A stretch of 60,000 bases of DNA from Botryllus schlosseri (Eukaryota). The position numbers and the translations under genes are program-made. Shown here piece by piece: positions 58,178-60,000 of this stretch (position 1 is the stretch's first letter; each line of letters starts with the position of its first letter). Location: positions 19,594,001 through 19,654,000 of the forward strand of contig CM119371.1 of NCBI GenBank assembly GCA_051294905.1. Direction: 5' to 3'. The notes below the pieces were generated by a model. That model did no database searches and was not told the origin of the DNA. It was given only the letters and a program-made list of their open reading frames with translations.

Positions 58178-59104
58178 TTTTAGAAGGTAAAATCACCTAC
58201 TTTTCATAATTGTTCATTTGATTGTTGTATTCATAGTGTTTGTCGACTGCTATGCTCTGCTACATCAGGCCAATCTTCTTCATTTATATTCCATAGCTGC
58301 CGACTTGTAGCACGGCCCACTTCTAGGCTTGTCATAATTAAGAACTCATAAACGTTGAATGTTGAGTTGACATCCCTTTTGGAGTGACACTGTCAAAAAC
58401 CGCTCGAAATCGTCCCTTTATAACCGTTAACAGAATATTTTTTCCCAATTTGCGTTCTTTGCGCAGATGCACCAAGTAATTTCAAATGTGAAAATTTCGA
58501 CAACTGCTGACTGTGTGCGATCTCGCGACCAAATTTACTTTGAGACTATATACTTGCTTGGGCATCTTTCAGTCCTTTCATTGTCTAGCTCAGTGGTTCC
58601 AACCTGTGGTACGCGTAGTCTAGTTTTTTGACTAGCGGTGAAAAAACAATTCCATGCATCCCATCAACCGTGGCTGATAATGCCTAATAGTTTAATAGGG
58701 TGATTTTTTGACATGTCGAAATATGTCAAAATTTTTGTCCAAATTGAAGCGTTAGGTGAAAAAAAATTGTCAAAATTGTTTAGAAAATCAAATTTTTTCG
58801 ACCCCTCCATTTCGTTTGTATCGTAGATTTCGCACTGTCGGTGAACTTATCATTTGATATTTCACAGCTTGTAGCCTACAATTTTAACATTATGTGCGAA
58901 AACACCTAATTTGCATACGTGAGGGCAAAATTAAGTTATTTTAGGTCAAAATCCTCCGTTTTTTATGTAAAAACATCGCCCTTGTTATTACCCCCCACCT
59001 AGGTCAAATACGTGATTATGACGTCACAAACGGTGAAACAATTTTGACCGCCTACGGCGCGCGTAACTTGTGTAGGTGGCAGACATGGGGTGATTACTTC
59101 ATGA

Positions 59105-59240
59105 ATGTAATCGATTGCGATTACGATTACTTCTGAATCACGCGATTACGATTACGATTACGATTACAGCAAAATCAGGAAGTAGTCGATTACGATTACG
59201 ATTACACTGGAAAAGTAATCACGATTACTCACGATTACAT
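59105..59240. repeat. (CGATTA)n repeats, probable MITE subterminal array
   Basis: Many tandem GATTAC units are visible. Confidence 0.75.
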
Positions 59241-60000
59241 TTATTTTGCATCGTAGTAGTTATATTGGAAGACAATTATACATGGATTGCGCTGAAAAGG
59301 CCTGATGATATAAAAACTGTCTTTACAAAAGATGGGAAATTTCTCTGTTACGTCATAAATCATAATGTACCATTGCCCATTTTATAGAGGACGGTTTATC
59401 GCATACAACGTTTTGCATTCTTGCCAGGTCCATAACTGCCGCACCCCAAATTCCCCAATAGGGTGGGGAGCGTGGTTGGAGGGTACTCAAAAAGTATTTC
59501 GTAAACCAACATAAATTATAGAGTATTTTCGATAGATGTCATTAACTTGGAAATTATCTTTGAGCTTTGCGATTTAAATGTCTCTAGATAACTTGATTTC
59601 GAAATGCATTTCCCCTCAAGAAATAAACATGTATAATTCATAGTAATAGGCATTTAGGTGCCAGTCAATACCGCTCCTCGACACATCAAAAGACATATGC
59701 AGTTTCGGCCAACATGAGACTCCACGAAGTGCGCTACTAAAGGAATACATTGGCCGAAACTTATGGTATGTGTCCATTGTCAATAGTCGCGCTGGGTGGG
59801 CGTGACTAACAGTCCATTCCTTTCAATCTGAGCCCACGATGCAAATTGCACCCGAGCACCCATAGGGCATTAGACATGACAATTTTTTGTGTGCGTTTCA
59901 CGCAAGTTTTTCTTTTAGTCTGCTATGTTTGGGCCACTACAATCAATATCTTTTGGTTATATAACAGACCGGAGGTCACGAATTAACAACATACAATAAA

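Overview
This is repeat-dense eukaryotic DNA from an invertebrate; the lectin-type exon and the repeat families hint at a tunicate, but that is unproven. (1) 1-4660 is a frameshifted BEL/Pao LTR retrotransposon. Its 3' LTR is interrupted by a non-autonomous hAT element (4661-23037, 8-bp TSD). (2) That hAT contains an apparently intact 17,263-bp Maverick/Polinton (adintovirus-like element, 4838-22100) with 676-bp TIRs and a 6-bp TSD TTCGAT. It encodes a protease, a major capsid protein, three minor-capsid paralogs, membrane-active proteins, an integrase, a packaging ATPase, pPolB, a Bcl-2-like ORF and a tandem-OB ssDNA-binding protein. Its pPolB locus looks tandemly duplicated with complementary deletions: the N-terminal (terminal-protein-like) domain is now a separate gene. 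Each copy keeps a conserved four-intron non-coding leader. (3) 23-39 kb holds nested hAT MITEs, SINEs and one tRNA-Met gene. (4) 39392-56184 is a second hAT shell (TSD CCAGTAAG). It encloses an internally deleted retrovirus-like Ty3/Gypsy element with a tRNA-Thr PBS, a membrane ORF upstream of gag, a PPxY motif, an A-AAA-AAC frameshift site, Cys/His repeats and a small 3' membrane ORF, plus a decayed relative. (5) Near 56.4 kb is the first coding exon of a secreted collagen-containing host protein. All calls come from reading the sequence by eye; no searches were run.
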